Assembly: GCF_964204645.1 (NCBI RefSeq)
Contig: NC_134030.1
Location: 12,917,947 to 12,981,946 of the forward strand
Direction of reading: 5' to 3'
Length of the DNA stretch: 64,000 nucleotides
From: Tubulanus polymorphus
Taxonomy: Eukaryota; Animalia; Nemertea
Part shown: piece by piece, positions 12,881 through 24,000 of the stretch
Layout of the letters: each line of letters starts with the position of its first letter
Numbering within the stretch: the first letter of the stretch is position 1
Notes under the pieces: generated by a model
Seen by the model: the letters and a program-made list of their open reading frames with translations, nothing else
Database searches by the model: none
Told to the model about the DNA's origin: nothing
Position numbers and translations under genes: made by a program

Positions 12881-13639
12881 ATGGCGGAATTAAAAGAATA
12901 CAGAATATTTGTTGATTCTAGAAGACTTACTAATTATAAATCACATAATTTACTAGTACAATTAGATAGAGAATTTAAGAATTGTGTAGATTTAAAATTA
13001 GTTAATATAAGTTTATGTAATTCTTTTCATAATATATCGAATAAAAGTCTTGATCATTTAGCTTTTAAAATTTATGTAAGAAATTTGAATAAATGGTTTC
13101 ATCTTTATCTAAAACCAGGATTATATAATTTAGAAACATTAGCGCAAGAAATTAATAAAAGAGCTCGTTTAAAAATGGGCTCAGCAGCTGCTCAATTTGA
13201 AATTAAATTTATCAAAAATGATAGTTCGAATAAAATAAGAATAAAGTTAACTAATGAACAACATAGATTTCTAGAAAGAAAACCTTTAGCTAAACTGTTT
13301 GGAATTCTTCCGGATAGACATTATTCAAATATTGATACTTATACAAATATAATACCTTTTACACACTTTTATATTTATTGCAATTTAATCGAGCCTACAA
13401 AAACTTTCGAAGCAACTAAAGATACAATTTGTAATTCTAGTATATTAAATATTTTACCATTAAAAAATGTTAAACAATTTGGAACTCAAATAAATTATAA
13501 TTTAACTGAATGTGATTTCAAACCATGCATTCCTAAATTCAATAATTTTAAATTAGAAATAAGAAATCATAATGGTTATTTAATTGATTTGAATAACTTT
13601 CCTGTAATTTATGAATTAGTTATAAGATGTAGAGAGTAA
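12881..13639 (+). CDS. Putative minor capsid protein (penton, single jelly-roll)
   Basis: IFVDSR...NSFHNIS...PGLYNLETL...YIYCNLIE...IRNHNGYLIDLNNFP.IYEL, the layout seen in Polinton/PLV pentons. Confidence 0.78.
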   Translation: MAELKEYRIFVDSRRLTNYKSHNLLVQLDREFKNCVDLKLVNISLCNSFHNISNKSLDHLAFKIYVRNLNKWFHLYLKPGLYNLETLAQEINKRARLKMGSAAAQFEIKFIKNDSSNKIRIKLTNEQHRFLERKPLAKLFGILPDRHYSNIDTYTNIIPFTHFYIYCNLIEPTKTFEATKDTICNSSILNILPLKNVKQFGTQINYNLTECDFKPCIPKFNNFKLEIRNHNGYLIDLNNFPVIYELVIRCRE

Positions 13640-13655
13640 TTTTTTCATTATATAA

Positions 13656-14015
13656 ATGAATATAACTGTTGGGCCGAGCATATGTTTTGGATTTGATTTT
13701 AAACGTGAGAAAGAAATGAAATTTAACATTAATGATGTAATTACACATATCAAAAATACTACATTTTTTAATGGAACAACATTTGAATATGAAACAACAA
13801 TAAATGAAGAAACTTTTAATGTAGAAAAGATTACTGATTTAATTAGAGAGTCTTTAAGATTTTATGAATTAGATGAAGATTTCATTGTTGATGATATTAG
13901 AAAAATAATAACTGAAATATATGATAATCATAAAAGTAGTAATGAAATAAATGTTGAATTAATCATAAATAAGATAACTAAATATTTTGATGATAGTAAT
14001 TTTTTTGATAAATAA
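13656..14015 (+). CDS. Hypothetical viral protein
   Basis: Intact 119-aa ORF with the T-run/TAAATG start motif. Confidence 0.6.
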   Translation: MNITVGPSICFGFDFKREKEMKFNINDVITHIKNTTFFNGTTFEYETTINEETFNVEKITDLIRESLRFYELDEDFIVDDIRKIITEIYDNHKSSNEINVELIINKITKYFDDSNFFDK

Positions 14016-14237
14016 ATGAGTGATAATAAGTGGATAATAACTGGATTATATAATGGTGCATTACTATCAGTTGGAACTGTTGGTTATTCAATGGTATTAA
14101 AAAAAGTATTCAAAATGGGAAGTGTTAATGTTGATAGATTTGATATAAATGATATTTTAAAATTAACATTAGCAATTACTTTATCGAATTTAACTATTGA
14201 TTATTTGGAAAAACAAAAATATATTCCTCCCATATAA
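14016..14237 (+). CDS. Small hydrophobic (putative membrane) viral protein
   Basis: 73 aa with two hydrophobic segments; TAA-ATG coupled to the previous ORF. Confidence 0.65.
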   Translation: MSDNKWIITGLYNGALLSVGTVGYSMVLKKVFKMGSVNVDRFDINDILKLTLAITLSNLTIDYLEKQKYIPPI

Positions 14238-14261
14238 ATGCGTAATTTTTTTGCTAAATAA

Positions 14262-14686
14262 ATGGCTTCTGCAATTATAACTATTATAGGATCGGCAATT
14301 GTTAACGCTTTAGCATTTACTGGTGGCGGTTATTTATTTAAGCATATTGACAAAAATAGTTCATTAGGAGAACAAAGAAGACATAACTTAGCATTAGAGA
14401 AATACAATAAAGCTGCAGAAGAATATAGAGAAAAGAGACAAAACTATATGGATTACATCAATAAAGAATTATATGATCAGAAGATTTCACATAGAGATTT
14501 TCAATCAGTTGATGATGCAATGAGTATATATATAACGCAGTAACAAATAAAGAAAAATTACATCTATACAAACCTAAATTATCAGATTATTATACCCAAA
14601 GTAAAGAACAACAGAAATATGAAATAATTTGGATTTTAGGTGGAACAGTTATTGTTATATTTGTGGCGTATAAGTTTACTAATTAG
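14262..14686 (+). pseudogene. Putative membrane protein (N-terminal hydrophobic helix, coiled coil, C-terminal TM)
   Basis: MASAIITIIGSAIVNALAFTGG...EQRRHNLALEK; frameshift in a TA run near 14530, then IIWILGGTVIVIFVAY. Confidence 0.65.
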
Positions 14687-14706
14687 TAATTTTTTTTTCT
14701 AAATAA

Positions 14707-15141
14707 ATGGAAGATAAAGTTGATAATATTGATATTATTCCTCATGATATAAATAAAACTAAATTAAAAACATATTTAGAAAAACAAATATTAGAATTTG
14801 AAAGTGACTTAAAGATAAAAAAGAAAAAATATTTAAAAAGTAAAATTATATATTATCTTATTATCAGTGGTTCGGTTAAAATTAGTTCTGTAATAACATT
14901 TCTAGCAATATTCAGTCCATTAACACCTTTAGCTATATCAATTGGTGTGTAAGGATTAAGTTCAAGTGTTTTAACTGGTATAAGTTCAAAATTGAATATA
15001 AAAAGTAATAAAGAAAAAATTAAAACTAATATAAAAGAAATTAATAAATTAAAGAATACACTAGATTATATAATAAGTTTAAATGGCCATATAACAGTTG
15101 AAGAACAAGATAAATTATTAAAAGAATTAATAAATTATTAA
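14707..15141 (+). pseudogene. Putative two-TM coiled-coil protein
   Basis: One in-frame stop at 14950-14952; the frame continues to 15141. Confidence 0.6.
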
Positions 15142-15157
15142 TTTTTTAGTTATATAA

Positions 15158-16058
15158 ATGGCAGATAGTTTTCCAAAAGCTTTCCAATATAATAAATCAA
15201 TTAAATATAATATTCCTGCAATAGATTTTAATAAAGATATTACATATAGAAATGAAGTTTTAGATTCATTAACTAATTTAGAAATTTATGTCACTGAAAC
15301 TAATAATTTTAATGCAAAGATGGAAAATATATTTCATGTATATTTAATTGATTTTAAAAAATTGAAAGATGAAAAACAATGGTTATTAAAATCTAATATG
15401 AAGTATTGGCAGAACCAATTAAATTTTGCGGTTTATTGTGCAACAACAGGTTGTGGAATTAGTTGGAATGATCATTTGAATAATTCTAAATATAGATTAA
15501 TTCAAAGTTTATTTAGATTTCATACATACTTTCAAATCAGAATAATATTAAATGAATTAGAGTGCACTTTACCAGGATCTAGGTATTTTAAAGAATTAGA
15601 TAATAATATTAATTTATCAAAGTTTTATAAAATTTGTAATGAATTTAATATAGATATAAATAATTCTGATTTTAGAACAAAAATTGGAACAATAAGATCA
15701 CTTCCTTGCCCTAAAAAGATTGCAGAATATTGTGCACTTCCCATACCATCTACAAACAGCAACAATAAATAATTCATTTGGATTAAATGATATAAATAAA
15801 AAGATTATTACTGCTCCAAAATTAATGGAAGGTGAAAAAAACAAACACATTCAATCAACACAAACTAAAACTAAAAATATTAAATTGCATAATGATTCTA
15901 AAATAAAAGATTACAATACTACAGAAAATATAAAAACTGATAATATTCAACATGACATAATTAAACTAAATGATGATAATAAATCCCATGAAAATACTAA
16001 ATTAGCTATAACTTATATAGGAATTGTAATGGGAGGAATATTATATTTTAAATTTTAA
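15158..16058 (+). pseudogene. Hypothetical viral protein with C-terminal TM anchor (frameshifted)
   Basis: WQNQLNFAVYCATTGCGIS...FRFHTYFQIR; a second frame ends LAITYIGIVMGGILYFKF. Confidence 0.6.
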
Positions 16059-16068
16059 TTTTTCTATT

Positions 16069-17467
16069 ATGTCAATGGCAGAAGGTGGAGAAGATATCCC
16101 ATTGAATCCTTTTGGTGATGAACCCGGTATAAGTGATGAACCACAACCTGATTTTAATGAAACTAATATTGATAATGATGATGAATCAGCATATAATTCT
16201 AATTTAGCAGATAGTGCCATCAACAGAAGAAAATGATAGAAGAATTAGATCGAGAATACCTACTGAAAATTTAGACCCAGGTTTAGAAAGAGAAAATTTA
16301 GAAAATTATGAATTTATGTATGAATTTCAACATGTATTTAAAGAATCTGGATATAATATAAATGATAGAGGCGCTAGACTTTTAGTACAAGACTTAAAGT
16401 TTTTAGATGGTGAATATTATTATCGTTTGAAAGATGATTATTATATTGATATCTCTTATAAAAAACAAGAAAAAATATTAGCAGAATCAACTTTGCTTAA
16501 GTTAGACCTATCTAGAATTAAGAGAATAAGAAATAGTAATGAACCAGAAGATGTAACACAAGAAGAAATTATCAAAAATGAAAGAGTATTTAAACAAAGA
16601 ATTAATAAATTATTTGAAACAATCGATAATAATTTAGAACCAGAAACTAGTAGACCTAATTCAAAAGAAGTTCAAACTGAAAAAATTTTACCGAAGGGAT
16701 TACTTGATGCAACAGATCAACAATTAGAAGATTTAGATATATTTTCTGATAAAGCAATAAGAGAAATTATTAGTATAAGACTTGCATCTGATAAAATTAT
16801 GCATGATAAAAATATGAGAGATTTAAAAATTAGAACTTTAGAAAAAGAATTAACCGATAAAAATAAAGAAATAGAACAATTAAAGTCTGATTTAGATCGT
16901 CAAGCAATTGATGAAATAGAATATAGGCAAAAAGAATTACGTTTAGAAAAAGAAAAAGATGATTTAGAATATAACATAGAATTACAAAAAGAAGAAATTA
17001 AATTATTATTAAAATCATATGATTATAATATTGATAGATTAAAAGATGTTTTTAAAAGATATCTAATAAAACCAGATTCTAGAATAAAATTATTATTTAA
17101 GTTTGAAGGAATAACAATTCTTTCAATTCTAACAGCAGTAACTATGTTATTTACAACAATTGGTTTAGCTATATCAAATGCTTTAAAATCTACTCCTACT
17201 CCCAATAAACCAGATAAACCCCCGAATGATAATAATTCTATACAAGATAAAGTTAAGGATGGTTTAAAGAAATTAGCAAAATATTTATGGGAACTATCTA
17301 AAAAGTCTGCTGCAGCTTTACCCGGAGTTATTGCATCAATTGTTGGTTTTATATTGAAATCTGCAGGAAACATTATTAACTTTGCTGCTGAACATATTAT
17401 TTTATTTTAAATTACAGTTGTAAGTGCAATTATTTTTGGGTTAGTGAATATGATAAAAAATAAATAA
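16069..17467 (+). pseudogene. Large coiled-coil protein with C-terminal hydrophobic and amphipathic helices
   Basis: MAEGGED acidic start, frameshift near 16220, long heptad region, FEGITILSILTAV... and AAALPGVIASIVGFIL; stop at 17408-17410 followed by a final hydrophobic stretch. Confidence 0.68.
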
Positions 17468-17487
17468 TTAATTTTTTTGTTAAATAA

Positions 17488-18735
17488 ATGAGTGGGAGTT
17501 ATATCAATCCTTCTAAGAATCATAGGCTATCTAATGCTATTAAAGCAGAAAGATCACATCATATAATTACTCATAACCCTTCTAATATTAATCCCGATGA
17601 AACTTTATATGTTAGAATTCCTAGATTAACACAAAATACTTTTTATGTTCCAAATAGTATTTATTTATCAGCCGATATAAAAGTAACTGGCCATGATAAT
17701 AATTATGTTGTCGATAATGTTGGAAGATATTTGATTAAAAAATCAACGATAAAGATTGGCCCAGAAACAGTTTTCTCATTAGATGATTATAATTTATTTA
17801 TGCATTATAAAGATTTATGGTTAACTAAAGAAAATAGAAATAATATGATATTTCAAGGCATCCAATCAGAAAACCATAATAAATTAAGATCAGGAGCTAA
17901 TGACGCAATAGTAACTCGTACCGCAGATAATTTGATAAAAAAGATTTATGGAAGCAAATATAAAATTCCATTAGACTTTGAATTGATAAATAATAATGCG
18001 CCTTTATATAAATACGCAATTCAAGAATACGTTATATTCGAAATAACATTTGCTCCTGTAAATGAAATTGTATTATCTAGCGTTGTTAAAGATATGAGTT
18101 ATAAATTATCGAATATATGTTTAGAATATGATACAGTAACTGATGAAAATATTTCAAGTATAATTCAAACTCAATACAATCAAGGATTTTCATTGTTATA
18201 TGATTATATTGATAAATTTAAAACTGTAACTATTAATGCAAATGATGAAATTATTAATTAGAATATTAACTTCCCAAGAAGATCTATTAAAGGTATATTA
18301 ATATTTTTTACCATTGCAACATATTCTAATGGTGCAATACAGGTTGATAAGTATTATAATCCTGAAATAACAAAAGTAGAAATAACTATCGAAGGAATAG
18401 CAAATAAAATATTTTGTCAAGGAATGAGAATGATTGATCAATGGCCAGAAATTAGAAAACATTTTATGAATGAAAGAGTAAAATCATCTGAAAATTGTAA
18501 TATTAATCAAATTGATTATTATACCGGCAATAGATATGCATTATGGTTAGATTTTAGGACAACAGAGGATAATTCATTACATGGTTCTGGAAAAAAATTA
18601 CAAAACACTAAAGATGGAATACAATTATTCATGACGAAGAAAAAAGGAAGCCTAAATTTCAAAATGCACATTTATATTATATCTGACGCGCAATTAAATA
18701 TTGTAAATTCTCAATTGAATAGTGTTATGTATTAA
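17488..18735 (+). pseudogene. Putative major capsid protein (double jelly-roll)
   Basis: ~415-codon beta-rich frame with one in-frame TAG (18259-18261); NPSNINPDETLYVRIP, FPRRSIKGILIFF, YALWLDFR..DNSLHGSG. Size and position fit a PLV MCP. Confidence 0.75.
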
Positions 18736-18767
18736 AATTTTAACTTTAATAAAAATATATATAATAA

Positions 18768-20007
18768 ATGGAAGGTGGAATATATGAAATACAAACTCCA
18801 AGTGAAATCATAACAGATATATATTATATATTACCTTATGATGAATACATTAAGTATTTTGGAGATTACTTTAATCAATTCAAATATAGAATAAGTAAAA
18901 TGAAAGATAATATTGAAACTAAAATAGAAAATAATATTGAAACTAAAATAGAAGATAAGAATGATATTGAATATAAAATAGAAGATAATATTGAAACTAA
19001 AATAGATGATAAGAATGATATTGAATATAAAATAGAAGATAATATTGAAACTAAAATAGAAGATAAGAATGATATTGAATATAAAATAGAAGATGTAACA
19101 GCATCTACATCTTATAATATACCCTCTACATATGATATTGAATCAAAAAAAGACAAATGAAAAATATTGTGACGTATGTAAACAGTATAAAAGTTATAAG
19201 AATTGGGCAACTCTTCTTAATTCACTCAAGCATAAGAAAAATAAGAATAAGACGATGAATTAATTGAATAATGATAGTGAAATTGATAATGATAATGTTA
19301 AAGAAGATAAATATTGTGAAGAATGTGATAAATATATAAGTCGTAGTAATTTTTCAAAGCATAAATTAACACAAATACATTTGGATAATATAGAAAGAAA
19401 TATATGTGAAAAGTGTAATGTTGTTGTATTACCTAAAGATAGAATTAAACATGATAATTCTTTTGAACATACAATAAAAGCTGCTGATTCAAATAACCTT
19501 TATAGAGTACCAACTGTATTTTTTGATATCGAAAATAATTATCATAGGAAATTATATAGATCAATTTTTATCGATTATGTAAGAAATAATCCAAAAAAAG
19601 TATTATCAGATATTGAAACTGGTCGGGCGCGTATAAAAATTGATCTATATAATTATTGGGGTATACATTATTTCATAAAATTTAAAAATATAGATTTTTT
19701 AACAGAATTGAAAAAAGTTGCTGCTAATGATAATATAAGTGATAACTTTGATGAAATAATTCAATACTGCAGTTATGAAGATTTTTCACAGGATGTTATA
19801 AATAAAATAAGAAATGATGCAAAAAATAAATATAAAAATATAAGTAAAGACAAATTAAACCAATATATTTGGTTAACTTATGAATTGTTTGCTAAGGGTT
19901 TGAATGCTGTTGATGGTTATCATACTAAACTATTAGGCGAAAGAAGATCACAAGAATTAAAAGATGCATGGCTCAAATTGTTTTCAGAATTAGAATCAGA
20001 AAAGTAA
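18768..20007 (+). pseudogene. Repeat-containing zinc-finger protein (probably one disrupted ORF)
   Basis: 18-aa repeats, then YCDVC...H, YCEEC...H...H and ICEKC...H...H fingers; frameshift near 19155 and stop at 19261-19263. Confidence 0.55.
18905..19095 (+). repeat. 54-bp coding tandem repeat (IETKIEDKNDIEYKIEDN), about 3 copies plus partial units
   Basis: Directly visible in the DNA and in the translation. Confidence 0.85.
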
Positions 20008-20024
20008 TTTAAAATATGAATATA

Positions 20025-20605
20025 ATACCCCCTTGTGTCTTTATTGTCTTTAGTAGGCTTAGTACTTTTAGTACATAAAGAATAAATCTTTATTTTATTA
20101 GTAGTGAATAAAATTATTTTTATAACTACTAAACTACTAAAGACAATAAAGACATAAATATATATATTACTGTTTCAATAATTATATTTATTCATCTGAT
20201 GGATTTTATATATTACTGTTCCAATAATTAAATCTATTTATCACGCATATTTATTATATATTACGGTTTTAATAATGATAAATATCATAGATTTATCATA
20301 TATACAAATTATTTATATATTTATTTTTCTAAGTACTAATAAAATAAAGATTTATTCTTTATGTACTAAAAGTACTAAAGATAATAAAGACATAACAAAC
20401 ACATGTAATAAATATCATAGATTTATTTATCTCACAGATTTATAATATATATTTGATTCAGTAATGATAAATCTATGTGTGTTTGTTATGTCTTTATTAT
20501 CTTTAGTAGTTTAGTAGTTCTATTTTATTTTTAAAGTATTAATAATATGAAGATTTATTCTTTATGTACTAAAAGTACTAAAGATAATAAAGACATAAGG
20601 GGTAT
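20025..20605. repeat. Convergent intergenic region built from nested inverted and direct repeats
   Basis: TACCCCCTTGTGTCTTTATTGTCTTTAGTA at ~20025 versus TACTAAAGATAATAAAGACATAAGGGGTA ending ~20604, with further internal copies in both orientations. Confidence 0.75.
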
Positions 20606-20649
20606 CTAAGGTATTAGGGTATCTAATACAATCTAATACATAAAATATC

Positions 20650-21262
20650 TTATTTTATAAATTTATATTCATAGGGAAATTGTAGTCTCAGTAATAATTT
20701 TGAACCTTTATTATTCTTTAATTTATTCATATATTCATCATGTAATTCAGTAGGTATAATTTGATTTTCTTCCAATGATTGTTGCATAGATTTTTTATCT
20801 TTGTTATAAAATAAAACTAGAAATCTTATATTCTCCCTAAAGTCTTTAACAATTGAATTATATTTTTTATTTAAAACCCATGTTGTTATCTCAAAATGTC
20901 TCCCAGAGAAAGCTAGATAACATAACTCACTTTCTCTAACTTTTGAATCATGTAAATTTGCGCAATCATCTACAATGAATAATGTATTTGATCCTTTATA
21001 AGTATCAATTGCTATTTTTATACAATTATCTAAATTTTCTTTTACTGTTTTAGGATTTAATATAATAAACTTTTTTTATCTTAACTATATCTCTATTATA
21101 TGTTTTATTCATTTCATAAGTAGGACAGAATAATATTATATTATCAAAATGATTCTTATAAATAGTTTCTAACAAATCTAATATGAAATGTGTTTTACCA
21201 CAATTGGTTACACCAGAAACTAACATATTATGCGGTTCAAATATAAATAAATCTTTATTCAT
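20650..21262 (-). pseudogene. FtsK/HerA-family (A32-like) genome packaging ATPase
   Basis: Walker A SGVTNCGKT; after a frameshift near 21070, Walker B LFIVDDC and arginine motif FSGRHF. Confidence 0.9.
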
Positions 21263-22386
21263 TTATTCTTTTAATTTTACTAGATAAAATCCATTCATTA
21301 AATTTATCATCGTATCCTTTATATTTCACCAAAGAATACTTTTTTCCTTTAAGAGTTTTTGTTTTTAATACTTTTTCTATTTTGTATTCTATTTCATCTG
21401 GATTTGGTACAAGTGATAATTCTTGTTCATAGAAATAACCTAATATTTCTTCATCTTTTAAATCTTCTAATTTATAAACAAAAGGTTTAGTAAATATTAT
21501 CTTTTTAATCTTGAATATTTCTTCAGTAAAATTTGGGGTATAACCTTTATAAAATGTTTTTTCTATATTTAGATATTCTTACGTGTTGACCAATTTTAAA
21601 TTTAGGTTCACCGAAATCATGTGTAACAAATGCGCCATATAAATTATTCCAAACTATTTCTGAATTATCTTCTTTTCTAGCTTGTATAGGTTTCATATTT
21701 ATAGAACTATGTTTAGAATTATTATAACCTTTCACTAAATCATCTGATATATTTATAGACTCATCGATATATTTATATGTTTCATTAGCAGTAAAATATT
21801 TCCACATTCTAGTTTTCAATGTTTTATTAAATCTTTCTATAATAGATGCTTTTTTATCTGAGTGTGTTGAAAAATATTTTACATCGTTATCAGATAATAG
21901 TTTTGTAAAATGTTTGTTATAAAATTCCTTACCTTCATCAAATTGTATCTTATCTGGAATAGCTTCTTTAAATATTGATTTAAAAGCATTTGTCACTTCT
22001 ATTCCAGTTTTATTTTTGATTGGAATTGACCATGCGTATCTACTGAATATGTCTATAACATTTAATATCCAAAAATATCCTTTATTATGTTCCTCTAAGT
22101 TCTTCATGTCAATTAAATCAGCTTGCCATTGTTGATCGATACATGAAACCATAACTTTTCTTGTTAAATAAGTTTTATCCATTTTCTTGTGGATATGATA
22201 TGTTGGTTGATTTTGTAACCATGATTTTAATTCACTATATTTTATATCACCGTGTGGGTGCCATACGGCACCATTACCATTTTCATTATCAGATTTAATT
22301 TTATTCCATAATTCTGAAACGTTAGAATATGATACTTCACTTTCTGGGTTATAATATAAATCTCTTAAATATTGTTCTTTTTTCAT
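21255..22386 (-). pseudogene. int: Retroviral-like (rve) integrase with C-terminal chromodomain
   Basis: WQADLIDM, IDIFSRYAW, IQFDEGKEF, IIERFNKTLK (DDE). After a frameshift near 21550: EYKIEKVL...LVKYKGYDDKFNEWI chromodomain. Confidence 0.93.
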
Positions 22387-22392
22387 CTTATT

Positions 22393-22761
22393 TTAATCTA
22401 TTAATAGTAATTTAGATTTAGTTTCAATGACTTTATGATTTGACTTATTTTCTGGTATAATAGGTTTATTGTCATTGGAATCATCTTTATCATCAGATTT
22501 GAATTTTGATTTATATATTACACCGGATAATATAATAACTGTTACTAATCCAATTGTAATATATAATTCATAATTACTTCCAGCATTAGAAGAATCAGAT
22601 GGATTATTATTTGAATCAATATCAGATAAAGTCTGTGATTCATTTATATCAGTTAATTTCTTTTTCTTAGCTTTTTTTAATTCTGAAGATCTTTTACCCA
22701 ATTCTCTTGCCCATTTAATTTGTTTTTCAGATCTAGCCTTTTTCTTAACGGTATCACTCAT
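22393..22761 (-). CDS. Basic N-terminus plus single-TM viral protein
   Basis: Intact 122-aa ORF with a TAAATG start; KARSEKQIKWARELG and one TM helix. Confidence 0.6.
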   Translation of the reverse strand: MSDTVKKKARSEKQIKWARELGKRSSELKKAKKKKLTDINESQTLSDIDSNNNPSDSSNAGSNYELYITIGLVTVIILSGVIYKSKFKSDDKDDSNDNKPIIPENKSNHKVIETKSKLLLID

Positions 22762-23004
22762 TTATTTTAGTTAATTTTTGTTCTGATTCATTTTCTGTTT
22801 CGACGTTTGGTTGTAGTACAGCGTCATCTGTTTCATTCTTACCTGATTTATATTCCATAGGTTTGATGTTCGAAAATGTTATGACACCAGTAGAAATTAA
22901 TGTCATAACCGATCCTAATTGGAATGAAGCATATCCAACCCATTTTTGTAATTCAGTCATAACTAAGTAGTCATTTTTCAAATCACTATATAATTTATTT
23001 GCAT
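22754..23004 (-). pseudogene. Small hydrophobic viral protein
   Basis: TAAATG start at 23004 is out of frame with the 22981-22754 ORF. Confidence 0.45.
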
Positions 23005-24000
23005 TTACAGTGTATAATTATTATTTCAGAAATAATATGGGCTTAAAAACACAAAATGTCCATGATGTCTTCACAATTACATATAAGATTGCGAGTCCTT
23101 TGACTACCACCAGTCGATATTGTTAATGTAGGTAAAAATCCCCCAATTTTAGTTTTCTATCAAATTTAAGTATAAAACCTAAATGAAAACCGATAATACT
23201 TTTTACAATAATACTTAGGTAATACATAGATAGGTTCACAGATATTTTGCTATTACTTTTAAACTAGATTTCTTAATAGAAATTTTCAGAAATACGATAA
23301 TATCTTTTTCATGGATTTTACTAGCTAAAAGTCACAGAGTAATGTCATTTTTATGCACGTAGCCTGGTCAAAGTCATTGATTATCCAAGGTGAAAATTGT
23401 GAAAAACATCACGGAAAATCTGAAATTTTTGAAAACTACTATAAGTTTTTCAACATGAGAATATTGAAGTATTTTGTTGATAATTGCTGTGAAATCAGGT
23501 GAACGGAAAAAATGGTCATGGAAAAAAAGGCCAAGGTATTTGCCTAGGAAAAAATGGCCACGGAAAAAAGGCCAAGGAAGATTTATGAGAATTAGAGATT
23601 AATTTATGAGAATTAGAGATGAAACTAACTATTGAAAATATAAATAAAAACATTAGGCTTTCAATTTTAATGACATCATTTATTTTTCATGAGGCTTTAA
23701 ACAATTAAAATACATATAATGAGTTCAGATATCTGATGACATACATTTCATTCAAGTTTAATTTTCATTCATTTTTACTAATTTTTTTACTTATTTTTCA
23801 CGAAGCATGCTATAGAATTTAAACATTTAAGTACATATAATGAGTTCTGACAATTTCATGACAGTACTTACTTTTAATGAGGCACAGTTTAAACAATTAA
23901 AATTACTTACTTTTTTGAGGCACAGTTTAAACAATTACAATCGTTCAGAGTTCAGATTTAATATTCATTATTTAAAATACATATTATTGATAACTCAAGT

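Larger units (their letters stand above)
7945..23010 (+). mobile_element. Endogenous Polinton/Maverick-like virus (adintovirus-type); right end not found
   Basis: Abrupt shift to very AT-rich, intronless, tightly packed ORFs. Contains pPolB, penton-like and capsid-like ORFs, an FtsK/A32 ATPase and an rve integrase. Begins 5'-AGT. Confidence 0.92.

Noticed and set aside
7945-23010. Bacterial or phage contamination, or a currently active virus
   Set aside because: It is embedded among eukaryotic transposons, has a chromodomain integrase, and carries multiple nonsense and frameshift lesions.
23250-23257. CTATTACT as the right terminus of the Polinton-like element
   Set aside because: Only an 8-bp match in AT-rich DNA, and the flanks share no TSD with the 7945 end.
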